From: an uncultured bacterium
GTDB lineage: Bacteria > Omnitrophota > Omnitrophia > Omnitrophales > Aquincolibacteriaceae
Assembly (NCBI GenBank): GCA_964482725.1
Contig: CAYZYT010000002.1
Location: 5,591-69,590 of the forward strand
Length of the DNA stretch: 64,000 nt
Reading direction: 5' to 3'
The position numbers and the translations under genes are program-made. The notes beneath the pieces were generated by a model. That model was not told the DNA's origin, ran no database searches, and saw only the letters and a list, made by a program, of their open reading frames with translations. Position 1 is the stretch's first letter. Each line of letters starts with the position of its first letter. Of this stretch, positions 1 through 15,000 are shown in pieces.

Positions 1-1
1 T

Positions 2-3000
2 TTTTACAGATCGGTAACAGACGGAAAAGATCCGACGTATCAGTGGACTAATCCCGTCAATTCCGACGAAAGTTGGAGCCTTGGGATCAATCGTCATGTT
101 CCCACGGGGGACGCCGGAACCCCGATCGGCCTGGAGGCGACTTTCTCGCACAATGTTCGCGTGACATCTTCCGAGGTGGCGACTGAGATCAATACGATCC
201 TGGATCCTCTCAAGAAGGCGGAGGCCGCTGCGGCTCTCGTTGCGGGGGCGGCGTTCTATCTGGCCCAAGCCGGTCTGGATGACGGTGTCTATCAGTGGTC
301 CAATAAAGCGAATCCCAGCATCAGTTACACCGTGACGATCAATGACCACGTGCCGACGGGAGAACCGGATGCGAACGGGAATTACGATCCAGCAAAATAC
401 AAAACCGAAACGATCTTTAATGTCAATACCCGGGTCAGCTTCCAGCAGATGCTCGGAGAGATTCCTCAGATCGCGGATGCGACGAAACGCGGCGAAGCAT
501 ATCTGTCGCTCTTTGATGCGGATGCCTTCTACCGGTCTAAAGCAGGGAACGATGATCCGAGTTATCAGTGGTCAAGCAATAAGGACCTGAACGCCAGTTT
601 TACGCTCGCGGTCAACCCGAGGCTTGGGATCACGTCCTTTAGCCGCTCGAAACGGGTGAGCAAAGAACAAGTCGCCGTTGAAATTGCCGTCATGAGCAGC
701 AACTATGATTCGGACAAGGCTGCGCTCCAGGCCAAGATCAATGCGCTTCCGGCGAATGACCCGAAGACTGCCGCGCTCACCGCGGACCTGGCCACACTCA
801 AGGCTGAATATGAGGCTAAGCTGAACCGGATCAATACCGCGCTCGCGGATGGGAAGAACTTCTACAAATCGCAGGCCGGGAATGACGAGCCGTCGTATCA
901 GTGGTCGAGCCTCGCGAACAAGAATGTGAATTACACTCTTTCCGTAAATAGCAAGATCCCGGTCGGGGAAGTCCGTCAGGACGGGACCTATGCAAGTTAC
1001 CGGACGGAGCTGACGTTCTCAAAGAGCGAACGTGCAAGTCTGGATGACGCGAAGCTTCAGGCGGGTCTGATCCGGGATGCCAAAGACCGGGATGATGAAG
1101 CGCTTAAACTCTTGAATGATCAGGGCAATCTTGGCCTCCCGGTCTATCGGACTCTTACGGACGGGGAATCCGTGTCGGATTATCAGGACTACACGTATCA
1201 GTTCTCGGATCTCAATAATCCCGACAAGAGCTACACGATGGCGGTCAATTCGTTCGCGATCGGTGGGAAAGAAGCGATGTGGAACGTGAGTCAGCGAGTG
1301 AAACCGGCCGATGTGGAAAAATATATTGCCGACAGCTGGTTCGCGGGCGACGCGAACGATCCGAAGCTTCAGGCTGCGCTGGCGGCATTCGCGAACGGCG
1401 AAGCGTTCTATCTTTCTTACGCTGGTGAAAATGATAATAAGAATTTTCAATGGACCAGCAAGACGAATCCTAACGTCAGTTATACCCTGAATGTGAAGGA
1501 TAAGCCGAATCCTGTGACCGGGATCAACTGGCATGAAGCAACGTTTACGCAAAGCAGTCGTGTGAGTCGCGAAGATGTTATGAAACGTTATGATTATTTG
1601 AAAAACACCGGGGACAGCCGCTACACAAACCTGGAAGCGGCCCTTAGGGACGCGGACGGGGTTCTGGGGGTCGGGATCTTCTATAAGTCTCAGGCCGGGA
1701 CGGATGATCCGAGTTTCTCCTGGTCCAGCCGCTCGAATCGGAACTTGAATTACAGCCTGTCCGTTAATACCAAGGTGGGTGTTGGGATCGCGGTGAATGG
1801 AGTTTACCCCAGCTACAGAACCGAGGTAACGTTCTCGCGCAACGAGCGGGTGACCCTTGCTGAGGCGCGCAATCAACTGGCTCTGATCGGCGACCTTTCG
1901 GATCGCCAGGAGGCCTCCGATGCAATGGATCAAAGCGGGGTTTCGATCTACAGATCCTTGACGGATGGGGAATCCGCCACGGATTTCCTGGATCCGACCT
2001 ATCAATTTGCCGACATGTTGAATCCGGATAAGAACTATTCGATCTCGATCAAGAGCGGGATTCCTTCGGGCATTCCGGTGAATGGGGTTTATCCGTCGAC
2101 AAGGACAGAAGCGACGTGGAATGTGAGCGAGCGGATCGCTCGTGAGCAGGTGGAACAGCACTTGAACGCCACCTGGATATCGGATCCCGATAAGCTGGCG
2201 GATGCCCAAACGGCATGGCTCGACGGTGAGACTTTCTACATGTCCTATGGCGGACAGAATGACAATGTGACGTATCAGTGGACCAGCCGTGCGAACCAGA
2301 ATATAAGCTGCAGTCTCCTTGTGAAAGATAAGGCGAATACGGTCACCGGCGTGAACTGGCATGAAGCGACTTTCAATCGCAATCAGCGCGTTAGTAAGGA
2401 AGAGGTTGAGGCCGGGGTTGCGAGCTTGACCACGAATTACAATGCCGAAAAGAGCCTTCTCGAAACAAAGATCTCTGAGACTACCGGAGCCGCGAAAGCA
2501 GCGCTAGAACAGGAACTCACGGCGCTTGAGTCCGACTATGGCAAGCGGAAGGACGCGATCGATAACGGCCTTTCGGACGGCAGGCTTTTCTACCGATCCC
2601 AGTCTGGCAAGGACGAACCTTCGTTTCAGTGGTCGAGTGAGACGGACCGGAACCAAAGCTACAGTCTTTCTCTCAATGCAAAAGTTCCCGTGGGTGTAAA
2701 GAATCAGGCCGGAGCGTACACCTCCTTTAGGACCGAAGTGACGTTCACCACGAATGCCCGGGTTAGCACGGAACAAGCGGTTGCGCAGGCGCAACAGATC
2801 GGCGACCTTCCCGATCGCGCGGAAGCTTTTGCGGCGCTGGGTTGGGATGCGGTCGCTCAGAAATTGACGCTCAACGGGATTGCGGTTTACCGCGCGATCT
2901 CGGATGGCGAATCTCGGTTGGACGGGATCGATCCCACCTATCAATTTGCGGATGCCGTCAATCCGGACAAGAGTTATTCCATGAGCGTGAAGAGCGGATT

Positions 3001-6000
3001 GCCACAAGGAAATCCTCCGGCGAATACGCTTTCCGAAACGATGTGGAATGTCAGCGAGCGGATCAGCCGTATTCAAGTGGAACAACATGTGACGGCGACC
3101 TGGGTGGCAGATGCCGCGAAGCTTGCCGACGCGCTTGAAGCTCTGGCTTCGGGCGATATGTTCTACATGTCTTACGGCGGCAAGAACGATAACGTCACTT
3201 ATCAGTGGACGGACCGTGCGAATTCTAATGTCAGTTTTAGCCTCCAGGTCAAGGAATCCTGGCACGAAGCGACTTTCAACCGGAGCGAACGGGTGACGCT
3301 TGAGACCGTGGAGGCAGAGCTCAGTCGTCTGGCCCCATCGGACAGCCGGTACGCGAAGCTTGTTGCGAATCTGGCCGATGGACGGATTTTCTATAAGTCT
3401 CAGGCCGGAACGGATCAACCGGGCTACCAGTGGGCGAGCGAAGCGAGCCGGAACAAGAGCTATGGTCTCTCGCTTGCGGTCGTCAACGGCGGAATCCAGC
3501 TTACGGTTTCCACAAGCGAGCGCATGAGCCTTGCTTTCATAAAAGCGCAGACCCCGCTTATTAAGAATGTGAATGACAAAAAGGATATCGATGATGTCCT
3601 GAACATTTCAGGCGTGGTGGTCAACCGGTCTATTTCGGACGGAGAGTCCTCAACGGACGGCAATCCCGCCAACCCGACGTATACCTTTTCAGATCCCACG
3701 AACGCGGACAGGAATTTTTCAATCGGAGTCAACAGTACGGCCGTCGATGGTCCGGAGGCCACGATCAACATCACAACCCGCCTCAGCCGCCTCCAGGTCG
3801 AGCAACATATAAAAACAGATGCGAATGGCGCGTGGATCCAGGATCCCAAGAAATTAGCGGACGCGGTCGTCGCCCTCGCGGATGGCGATTTATTCTACAT
3901 GTCCCAATCCGGTATGGATGAAAAGACCGTTCAATATCAATGGTCTAGCATGAGCGATTCCGATAAGAGTTACAGCCTGCAAGTTCGGGACGATTGGCAT
4001 CAATCCCTTTTTAGCCGGACCGTCCGGGTCCTGATCTCGGAACTGAATGCCCAGCTTACCGCGCTCATCGCGGCCTATGACGTCCGTCGCTTGGAGATCC
4101 AGAACGATCCGCAGGTTACGGATAAGGCCGGAACCTTGAAATTGCTGGATGATCATTACACGGCTCAAAAAAACCAGTTTGAAGCCGCCATCACGAACGG
4201 GGAAATGGTCTACAAGACTCAGGCCGGAAGCGATGACCCATCGTACCAATGGTCGAACAAGGCGGATCGCAACATCAGCTACAGTCTTTCGATCAATTCG
4301 CATGTGCCGGTGGGGATCAAGCGGAACGATGGAACGTATCCTTCGTATCGCACGGAATTTACAGTCACGGTCTCCGAACGCATCAGCATCACAGTGTTGA
4401 AGGATCAAGACCCCGCAACAGCGGATCCTTACAGTTTGATCATGGACCCGAACCAGTTGGAGCCCGCCAGTGCCGCGATCGCCGAGCAAGGGGTCATGCT
4501 TTATAGGGCCGTAACGGACGGGAAGATCACCGATCCTGTTTATCAATGGACGAGTTCACTCAAGAGCGATGTGAGCTACAGCATTTCCTACGACCATCGT
4601 ATGCCGACCGGGACCGCGGGCGCGGTGATGACGATCGCTAATTTCACACGGGTGGAGAAGGTAAGTCGCGCGACCCTGCTCGGCCTTCTTGATAAGGTCA
4701 AGAATCCCACCGAGCATGCGAACGCCTTGGGAGCGATCGCGGACGGCGAGAGTTTTGCGTTCTCCCAGCGGGGCACCGACAATCCGAACTATTCCTGGTC
4801 TAGCTTTTCGGATCCGCTTGTGAACTATTCCATCACGCTCGATACCCGCGCGGTGCGCACATCCGAAGCGACGTTCAAGAAAACGACCCGCTTGAGTCAG
4901 GAAGAACTCGAGGCCTTGACAAGCCCGGAGACAATCGTGACGGCGCCTGCGGGCGTGACAGACGACCGCTTTAGCACCACTCAAAGTATCCGCGACCTGC
5001 TCCTCGGAAATCTTACGACTCAGCCTGCTTGGAAGGATGCGCAGGTGCAGATGATCGAAGGTATGGGCACCGACGGCACGCTTTCCTGGACCGGTTATGC
5101 GATCACTTCCGCAGACGGTAAAACGACCCGGATGATGGTCCTGAGCCTTGAAGTGGATGCGAACGGGAACTATGTTGACCTCGAGCCCGCGACGACCGCG
5201 ATCGACCGGATCCAATATATTGAAACGGTTTCGGTGGCCGCAGAGGACGTCGTGACTCCCGGCGGGAAAACAGCGCAGCAGGTGTTCGGGGCTCATGGGG
5301 TGACCGGGGGATGGCCTATTTCACATGTGAAGCTCTCTCTGGACTCTTTCGCGAACGCTCAGAGGACGCTCATGAGCGATTTTTACGATCTCGCCGGTTA
5401 TGATTCGAAGGAAGTCCGTATCGCGATCCTTGGCGTTTATGCAGATCCTGAGCAGCCCCAATTCATCACTGAAGTCGATTCGGCGGAAGTCCTTGAGTCC
5501 GTGAAGCTTATTCGCGATGAGGCGATGCGTCTTGCCGCGCAAGCGGCGGTCGCCGATCCTCTGGCCGTCTTCTATAAAATGGAAAGCGACGGGAAGAAGG
5601 CGACGTATCAGTGGACGAATTCTCAGAACTCGAACGTTTCCTATTCGATCTCGGTCGATCTCGATATACCCATCGGCGATGAAGGCTTTTTTACCCAGGA
5701 GGCGAATTTCAGTACGACGACCCGGATCAGTCGCGAAATGATCGTCCAGGTCTATAACGAACAGCTTGCGCTCGTGATGCTCTCTGTGATGGATGAAACG
5801 CTTCGGGTTGCTTTGACGGCTTCGGGGGTCGATACCCTGGCGGAATTCCAGGCGCTTGTCGCGGCCTCGACGACGTTACCGGCGGAGGTCAAAGAAGCAG
5901 TCGCTCAGTGGACAAATTCGAGCCCCGAGGATATTGCCGCATTCCAGTCTGTCCAACAGGACCTCGCGGATCCTACCCTGAAGAGTGAGGCTCTTTCGGG

Positions 6001-9000
6001 GGTTGCGACGATCTCCCCGGAAGAATTACAAATGTTCATGGATGCTCTGCGGCAGAGTACGAATCCTGCTACAAGCTTTAACAAGACGGTGACGTTGGAT
6101 ACCCTGGCAAGTGTAGATCCGACCAAGAACATCGAAGAAATTATTCAGTATGCGTGGACGGACCTTGATGGACTTCTTTCTTTCTCCTTGGGCTACAACA
6201 ATACTGCGATCGTCGGGGACGACGGAGAAGTTGCTTATGAACGGGAAGCGAGTTTCTCAGTGTCGCAAAAATTCGCTCAACTCACCGAGGCTTATCTCGC
6301 GCAGCTTTGTCTTGTTCCTTATATCGCATCTTCCATCCAAGCCCTGCAGGACGCAAACAAGGATCCCAAAGTGACACTGGCGGGGCTCCAGGCAGCTACG
6401 AACCTTGCAGCCTTCAAGTCGTTGATTGCCGCGTCCGATCTCGGCCAGGATATCAAGAGTGCGGCGGCAGGGCTGGACGAAACGAACTGGTCGCAGATCC
6501 AGCAAGATCTTGCTGAACCCCGGAATGTCACGACGCTGAACCCCAATATCTACAACGATTTCCGTGCCGCGCTTGTGGGCACGGATGAATATACGATCTT
6601 TACCATGACTCGGACCAAAGACGGTTTTAGTTATAGCTGGGAATCCAAGAACACGGCCGGTGTGATGATGAACCACACTCTCCGACAGACGATCGCACAG
6701 TGGGCGGTGGGCCAGGACATCGACGGCAACGATATCTATGCGGAAAATGAGGCCTGGGGTTTTGAGTCGGAACGGAAGGCCTCGGCGGCGGAAGTCTCCG
6801 AAAAAGACATGGTTCTCACCGAGGACAAACGGCAGCAGTACCGGGAGGCTCTCAGTAGCGTGGATACGGCGACTGATTTTACGATGACGAAGATCGGCCG
6901 CGATGTTAACTACAGTTGGGTGAGTGCCGACCGTTCCAAGGTTTTCACGCTCACCAAGACCTTCGCGAAGGTGACGGGTCAGGAGAATGTCGTCGGGCGC
7001 TGGGATTTCAACACGCAGATGCGGGTTCGCCGCAGTGTGGTCGAAAAGGCTGCCGCGAATCTTCCGCCCGGAGTTGAGAAGAATCAATATCTGGCGGCGA
7101 TCGCCGATTCGGTCAGCTGGACCAAATATACGATGGCGATCAGCGGGAATGACGTCAATTACAAATGGACCGGCCGTAATGGCGCCCGGACGTACAGCTT
7201 GACGGACAACAAATCCGCGAAGGAATTTGTGGAGAACGGTCAAACCGTTCATAAGCTTGGGGACAAATGGAATTTTTCGGTCATGGACCGGGTTGCGGCG
7301 TCTTATGTGGAGGATTTCGCGAATAGCCTTGAAGATCTTGTGCAGCGGCTGAATTATCAGAATGCTCTCAAGGATACGGATCAATCGACGGTTTACAACC
7401 GGACCTTGAGCGGGGATCTCACGACCTATCGGTGGAACGGCCTGGACGATGCGACGACGTACATCCTGGGTGCTTCAAGGCAATATACGCTGATCCCCGA
7501 TACGAATCCGGACAATACGGTGAAGATGCAAGACGGCAAAGTGGTCTATAAGACGGATAGCCACGGAAACTATCTTTATGCGACGGATGTGAACGGACAA
7601 GCGCCGTTGAAATGGTACTTCCGCTCCGAGATCCTTGTCGTGAAGGACGCGGTGGATGATTATTTTTCCAGTCTCGAAGGTTCCGAACAGCGGCGCCGGT
7701 ATCAGAGCGCGCTCGACCAGTGCAACGACGCGACTTCCTTCACGAAAAGCGTGACCGGAGATGAGGTTTCCTACTCTTGGTCGACCTATGGCATGACGAA
7801 AGATTCGTCAGGGAAGGATGTCTGGGCGCAGATCGCGAGCCACAATCTCGGTATGACCCTGGAATCGGTCGAGGGCTTGACTTCCAGGGCCGAGACATGG
7901 CGTTTCCGTTCCGAAATGAACGTGGATATCAGCGTTCTGCGTTCCCAGATGCAATACTTAAGTGATGATGCCGCAGCGGCACTAAAAACCGTGCTCGACA
8001 AGCTGGATCTTGAGGATGTGAATCACGGCGTTTCGATCACGAAAAGCATCTCCGGAATGGAGGATAGCTACTCCTGGCAGAGTTTCGACCGCGTGATCAA
8101 TTACACCCTTAGCGCCACGAGGATCAGCAATTCGGTGCTCGGGGCTCGCTGGAGTTTTAACGCGCAGGTGACCGTTTCGAAGGAAGCCGTGCAAGGATTC
8201 CTGAATCTGTTGGATCCGGAATACCGTACCGCCTACAGCGCGGCGCTCACCGACGTGTGCTCTCCGGGCGATTCCGGTTGTGAACTGACGACCTACGCCA
8301 TGAGCACTTCGGGGGAAGACGTCAGCTTCAGTTGGCGTTCCAAGGATGGGTCCAAGGCTTATTCTCTCAATCGCACGATCGAGCGAACCCTCAAGTCTGA
8401 AACCAAGAACCCGACGACCGGCGTGATGACGCGGGAATATAACGAACAGCCGAAATACGGTTTTTCAACCAACGTGCGGGTGGTTCGCGATCAGGCGGTC
8501 GGGCAGGCGGTCGGGTATGTGAATTCCCTCGAGACGGATGCGATCAAGGACCAGTACTTGGATGCCCTCGATCTCCCGATGCCGGCCGGCGTGACGGATA
8601 CGACGGATAGCGTGGATGCGACGACGGTCTATACCAAGATTTTGAGCGGGGGAGCGACGAGCTTTAGCTGGGGTGATCTGGATGGTGTGACCACGCACCG
8701 CCTCGGCAATTCTAAACAGAAGATCTATGATCCCGAAACGGAGGTCGTGGCGGGCATCGAGCGTGTTCTTCGCGACACCGACGGTGAGGTTCTCTATAAA
8801 ACAACTTATACGGATGTCTGGAAATGGGGATTCAGTTCCGAGTCTCTGGTCCTTCGCAATGAAGTGGAGGGGCGTACGGCGCTACTTGAGACGAAGGAAC
8901 TTCGCGATCAATACGATGCGATCTTATCGGAAACTCCGGCGACGACCGCTTTCACGAGGACGACCTCCGGGGAAGATATTAGTTATTCTTGGCAGAGTAA

Positions 9001-12000
9001 AGATAAAGCCCGCACCTTCTCGCTCGGGAAATCGCTTGTGAAAGTCGAGACCGGAAAAGACATCCACGGAAAACCCGTTTACGGCCAGGTCGCGGCCCGT
9101 TGGTCGTTCTCGGAACAGGTGGCAGTTCTGAAGGACGCGGTTCAGGCCAATCTTTTGCTTCTGACGGATGCGGATCAGATTCTTGCGTTCCGGGACGCGC
9201 TTGATCTGAAAGCCGATGGAACGGAGGACAATACCACGGATGATGTGGACGGTTTTACTACGTACACGCGTTCCACGAGCGGTGCCGACACGAGCTATAC
9301 ATGGAAATCATCCGACGAAGCGCGTAATTATTCGCTCTCCTCGGAGGGAATTCGCAATGATCAGGGCGCGGTGGTCAGCGCTAAAGGGTCCTTCAGTATC
9401 CAGGCGCAGGTGAAAAAGGTGGAAGTGTCCAATCTTGCGACCGAAATGGATGCGGAATATCGCATCCCCTATTTGGATGCGCTTGACCTTAAAACGGACG
9501 GCACGCCGGACGAAAGCTCTGATGATGTGAATGACGCCACGGTGTATACGAAAACGATCACCGGGAAAGATCTGAACTACAGCTGGAAATCCGTGAGCGG
9601 TGGAAAGACCTATTCACTCACGCAGGCCATGGAGAAGGTTTATGTCGCGGACACGAATCCGGACGGGTCCGTAAAATATCAGAACGGAGAAGTGGTTTAC
9701 AAAACGCATGCCGAACAACAGAACGGACAGCCGGTGACCGTTCTTGATTACACCGAGGCTCTCAAGTGGACGTTCGGCGAGCAGTCGCTGGTTTTGAAGA
9801 GCGAAGTGGCTTCTCATCTGAATGATCTTGAGACGCTGGAGCTCCGGGGGCAATTCGATCTTGCTTTGAAAGATACGGATGCGGCAACGGTTTTTACCCG
9901 GGCCACGAGTGGGAACAGTGTTGTGTACAGCTGGAAATCGGTGAGCGGCGGGAAGACTTACAGTATCGCAAAAGAGAGTGTGAGGGTTCTCGCGACCGAA
10001 ACGGTGGCGGGACGGACGTTTACGGATCTCGAGAAATGGTCCTTCAGCGAACAAGTTTATGTCCAGATCGCAGAAGTGAACAGTCATGTTAGCCAACTCG
10101 CCACGGCGGAACTCCGAGCCCAATACCAGGCCGCGCTTTCGGATATTCTCGCCGGGACATATTTCACGCGCGTAACGAGTGGTGCGGATATCAGCTATAG
10201 CTGGAAATCGAAGGATGGGGTCAAGGCCTATGCTCTTTCTGAGGAACGCGTGATCGTGACGCCGCCCGGGGTGGTCCAGGTTCCTGCAACCGGAACGACT
10301 CCGGCCTCGACGCAGATCACGTCCCCTGTTTATTCTGACGTGAGCGCAAAATGGAGTTTCACGGCCCAGTTCCGTGTCCAGCGCGCCGAAGTCGCGGGCC
10401 ATGGAAATGATCTTGAAGCCGAGTACCGGACACAGTATTTAGACGCTTTGCCGCCGGAGGATGATCTCGAAACTGAATTTTCGAAGACCGTCAGCGGTAG
10501 CGACGTTAGCTACACCTGGAGAAGTCCGGATAAATCCGCGACCTATTCGGTCAATCGTTCTGCTGAGAAGGTCTATGTGCCGGACACGAATGGGGATGGC
10601 ACGTTGAAGATGCAGGACGGGAAGGTGGTCTATAAGCAGGATCCTAACGATGCGACGAAATTATTGACGGAGACCGTGACTCGGTGGGCTTTCAGTGAAC
10701 AGATCCTTGTTCCAAAATCCTTGGTTTCCAGTCTTGTGCCAAATTTGGAAACGGCCATCACGCGTGCCCAAGCGAATGCGGCGCTTACCGGAGTGGACGG
10801 CGTTGCGGCATTTGTCCGCACGGTGAGTGGTAAGACCACGAACTTTAGTTGGAAATCCTTGTCGGGAGGCAAAACCTTCGGGCTGAGCTATAGCGCGACC
10901 CACGTGATGACTGCGGAGTTGCCGGCGGCTTACAGCGATAGTCGGAAGTGGAGCTTCAGCGAACAATCTCTTGCGCTCAGGTCCGATGTGACGGCGCAGG
11001 CATCCCATATTCCCGCGGATCAGCAGCAACAATATGCCGATGGGTTGTCGGCGGCAGAAGTGGATGCTTCGACTTGTTTCACTAAGACCCTAAGCGGCAC
11101 GGACATCAGCTACAGCTGGCGTTCTCTCGGTGGCGTAAAGTCTTACACGCTCGGGATCGAGCAGCTGAAGAACGCGGCGGGGACCGTGCTAACACCCGCG
11201 AAATGGGCTATGAGCGTTCAGACACGTGTGCAAAAAATCGAAGTGGAGAAGCACGCCGCTGAAATGGAAAGTCAGTATGGCGTACCCTATCTGGATGCGC
11301 TCGATCTGAAAGCTGACGGGACCCCTGACGAAACGACGGACGATGTGGATGGTACGACCGTTTACACGAAAAGCGAGAGCGGGACCGATGTGACCTATAG
11401 CTGGAAGAATCTGGATGAGACGGCGACCTACACCTTAAGCCGCAGTCGTCTCATGCTCTCGGATACGAACGGCAATCTGGTGGCGGGCACGCCTCAATAC
11501 AAGTGGACTTTTTCGCGGCAAGTTCAGGTCACAAAAGTGTTAGCGGCCGCCCATGCGGCAAAGATCGAGAACACGGCGGTGAGAGCCCAATACAACGAGG
11601 CCTTGGCCCAGGATACGGATACCGCGACGGATTACACGATGAGTACGAGCGGTGCGGACAAGAGTTTTTCATGGAAATCAAAAGCCGGCGGTAGCACTTA
11701 TTCGCTTTCGATGACGATGACCCCCACGCAGCTTGCGAACGGGAATTGGGCAACACGGCCCAAATGGCAGTTCTTAGCTTCCTCGCTGGTGCTTCTCTCG
11801 GACGTGGAGAATCTTGCGAGCAATTTCGAGTTTCCCGAACAGCAGGTCCAATACGAGGCTTCCCTGAGCCATGATCCCGTAAACGGACGGACGGATGATT
11901 CGACAGCGTATACAAAGACCGTGAGCGGGAATGAGACCTCCTACAGTTGGAAAGACAAGAACGGCGTTACGACGTATACAGCTTCAAAGTCTTTGACGGT

Positions 12001-15000
12001 GACTTCGGGAGCCACCCGCTGGAATTTTTCGGCATCGGCTCTGGTTTTGCAGACTGAGATCCAAACGCACCGCGCTGATCTGAACGACCCTGAGGAGCTC
12101 GCGGATTTTGACGCGGCGGTGACGGATGTTGGCGGCTTCACGGAATTCACCCGTACCACCAGCGGAAAAGATGTTTCTTATTCCTGGAAAGGATTGGAGG
12201 ATAAGAAGCTTTATTCTCTCGGACGAAGTGTCGTGTGGGAAAAGCAGGCGTCTACCTATGTGAAACTGACCGGTGATGTGACCGATGCGAAGGGCGATGT
12301 TTATCACGCGATCTTCAAAAGCAGTTTCAGCACGCAGATCTACGTAACATTGAGTGAGCTGACGGATCGTGTGGCTCGTTTGATCGATCCGGATCAGGTC
12401 GCTCAGGCGGAACCCGCGCTGTCCGCAGTGACTGACGGATTGACCGAGATCGTGAAGACGACCTCCCAGGCAGGCTCGGAGGTTTCCTATAGCTGGAAGA
12501 GCGGGAGCGGTGACGTGGCGTATACCCTGACGTTCGGAAAGCAGTGGGAGAAACAAGCCTCGACTTATGTTCCTGTCTTAGGCGATATCACCGACGCAAA
12601 GGGGAATGTCTACCACGCTCTGAATAAATGGAGTTTTAGCGAACAGACCCTGGTTCTCAAAAGTGAAGTTGAGGGCCATGTAGACGACCTTGAGCTCGCG
12701 CAGCAGGGCCAGTACACGGACGCTCTGAAATCGCCGGCAGTCAGCAATGCCACGGCCTATAACAAAACGACGAGCGGTATCGATGTTAACTATAGCTGGC
12801 AATCAACCGACAAGATTTCAGCCTATACGTTCGGGTATGGGCGAGTGTGGGAGGCGTCGAGCGCTACGGCCGGGGACTGGGTCTATAAGTGGAACTTTTC
12901 GTCGCAGGTCCGTGTCGCGAAAAATGCGGTGCCGGCGACCGTGAAGGGTCTGGCGCCCGAGGAGCAAGCGGCGCTTACGGCGGCATTGAACGAACCTGAT
13001 CCGCAGGGTCTTATCGTTTATACGCTCTCGTTGAGCGGGACTGACAGGACGTACAACTGGCAGTCGGCGGATAAGACGATGAGTTATGCGATTACGGATG
13101 TTGAAATTTGGCAGGCGGATCCGGCGAAGGCGAACGGCGGGGATTGGATCCGGAAGTGGAGTTTTACGTCGCAAGTTCGGGTGGCGAAAGGGGGGGTGCC
13201 GGCGACGGTTGCGGGATTAACGGTCGCGGAACAGACAGCGCTCACGAATGCTTTGAGTGAATCCGATCCAAGCGGTCTTATCGCCTACACGATGACGACC
13301 AGCGGGAATGACGTCAATTATACCTGGCAGTCGTTGAACAAGCATGTGAATTACACACTCTCGGATCAGCAGGTCTGGCAGGAAACGAATGCTACAACGC
13401 ATGTCGGGGAATGGATCCGGAAAATGAGTTTTTCATCGCAGGTGCGCGTAAGTTGGGGGTATCTGGATTCGATCCGTGATGCGAATTATCTGAAGATGAC
13501 GCTTGCGGAACAGAGGGCGATCGATCAGGCGCTCGGGACGGTGGATCCTGAAAATGCCTGGCGGGTTTACACGATCTCCGAAAGTGGTAATGACAAGAGT
13601 TACAGTTGGCAATCGGCGGACAAGAAGATCAATTACACGTTCTCGGACCAGGAGGCGTGGCAGGCGGATCCGGCGAAGACGAACGGCGGGGATTGGGTGC
13701 GGAAACTGAGCTTTACATCCCAAGTGCGAGTGGCAAAGAGCGTGGTGCCTGCGACGGTCGCAGGATTAACGGTCGCGGAACAGACCGCGCTCACGAATGC
13801 TCTGAGTGAATCCGATCCAAACGGTCTTATCGCCTATACGAAGACGACCAGCGGAAATGACATCAGCTATACCTGGCAGAATAAGGACAGGAAGATCAGT
13901 TACACGTTCTCGGACCAGGAGGCGTGGCAGGCGGATACCGCGCGATCGAATGGTGGAGACTGGGTTCGGAAGCTGAGCTTTTCGTCGCAGGTGCGGGTAA
14001 GTTGGGGATACCTGGATTCGATCCGTGATGCGAATTATCTGAAGATGACGCGTGCGGAACAGACGGCGATCGATCTTGCTCTCGGGACGGTGGATCCGAC
14101 CGATCCTCAAATGAATTATGCGATGAGCGCGAGCGGTAATGACAAGAATTACAGTTGGCAATCGTCGGACAAGAAGATCAGTTACACGTTCTCGGACCAG
14201 GAGGCATGGCAGGCGGATCCGGCGAAGGCGAACGGCGGGGATTGGGTGCGGAAACTGAGCTTTACATCCCAAGTGCGAGTGGCAAAGAGCGTGGTGCCTG
14301 CGACGGTTGCGGGATTAACGGCCGCGGAACAGACCGCGCTCACGAATGCTTTGAGTGAGTCCGATCCCAACGGTCTTATCGCCTACACAATGACGACCAG
14401 CGGAAATGACATCAGCTACACCTGGCAGGATAAGGACAGGAAGATCAGTTATACGTTCTCGGACCAGGAGGCGTGGCAGGCGGATACGGCGCGACCGAAC
14501 GGCGGAGACTGGGTTCGGAAGCTGAGCTTTTCGTCGCAGGTGCGGGTGAGTTGGGGGTATCTGGATTCGATCCGTGATGCGAATTATCTGAAGATGACGC
14601 TTGCGGAACAAACGGCGATCGATCTTGCTCTCGGAACGGTGGATCCTATGGATCCTCTGATGACTTATGCGATGAGCACGAGCGGTAATGATATTAGCTA
14701 TAGCTGGCAGGATCGCGACCGGAAGATCAATTACACGTTCTCGGACCAGGAGGCGTGGCAGGCGGATCCGACGAAGGCGAGCGGCGGGGATTGGATCCGG
14801 AAGTGGAGTTTTTCTGCGCAGGTCCGCGTGGCGAAGGGCGTGGTGCCTGCGACGGTCGCGGGATTAACGGCTGCGGAACGGACCGCGCTCACGAATGCTT
14901 TGAGTGAGTCCGATCCCAACGGTCTTATCGCCTACACAATGACGACCAGCGGAAATGACATCAGCTATACCTGGCAGGATAAGGATAAGAAAATCAGTTA

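Noticed and set aside
161-163. GTG 161 as the true start codon
   Set aside because: The frame is open upstream with repeat-like sequence, and there is no convincing SD or signal peptide.
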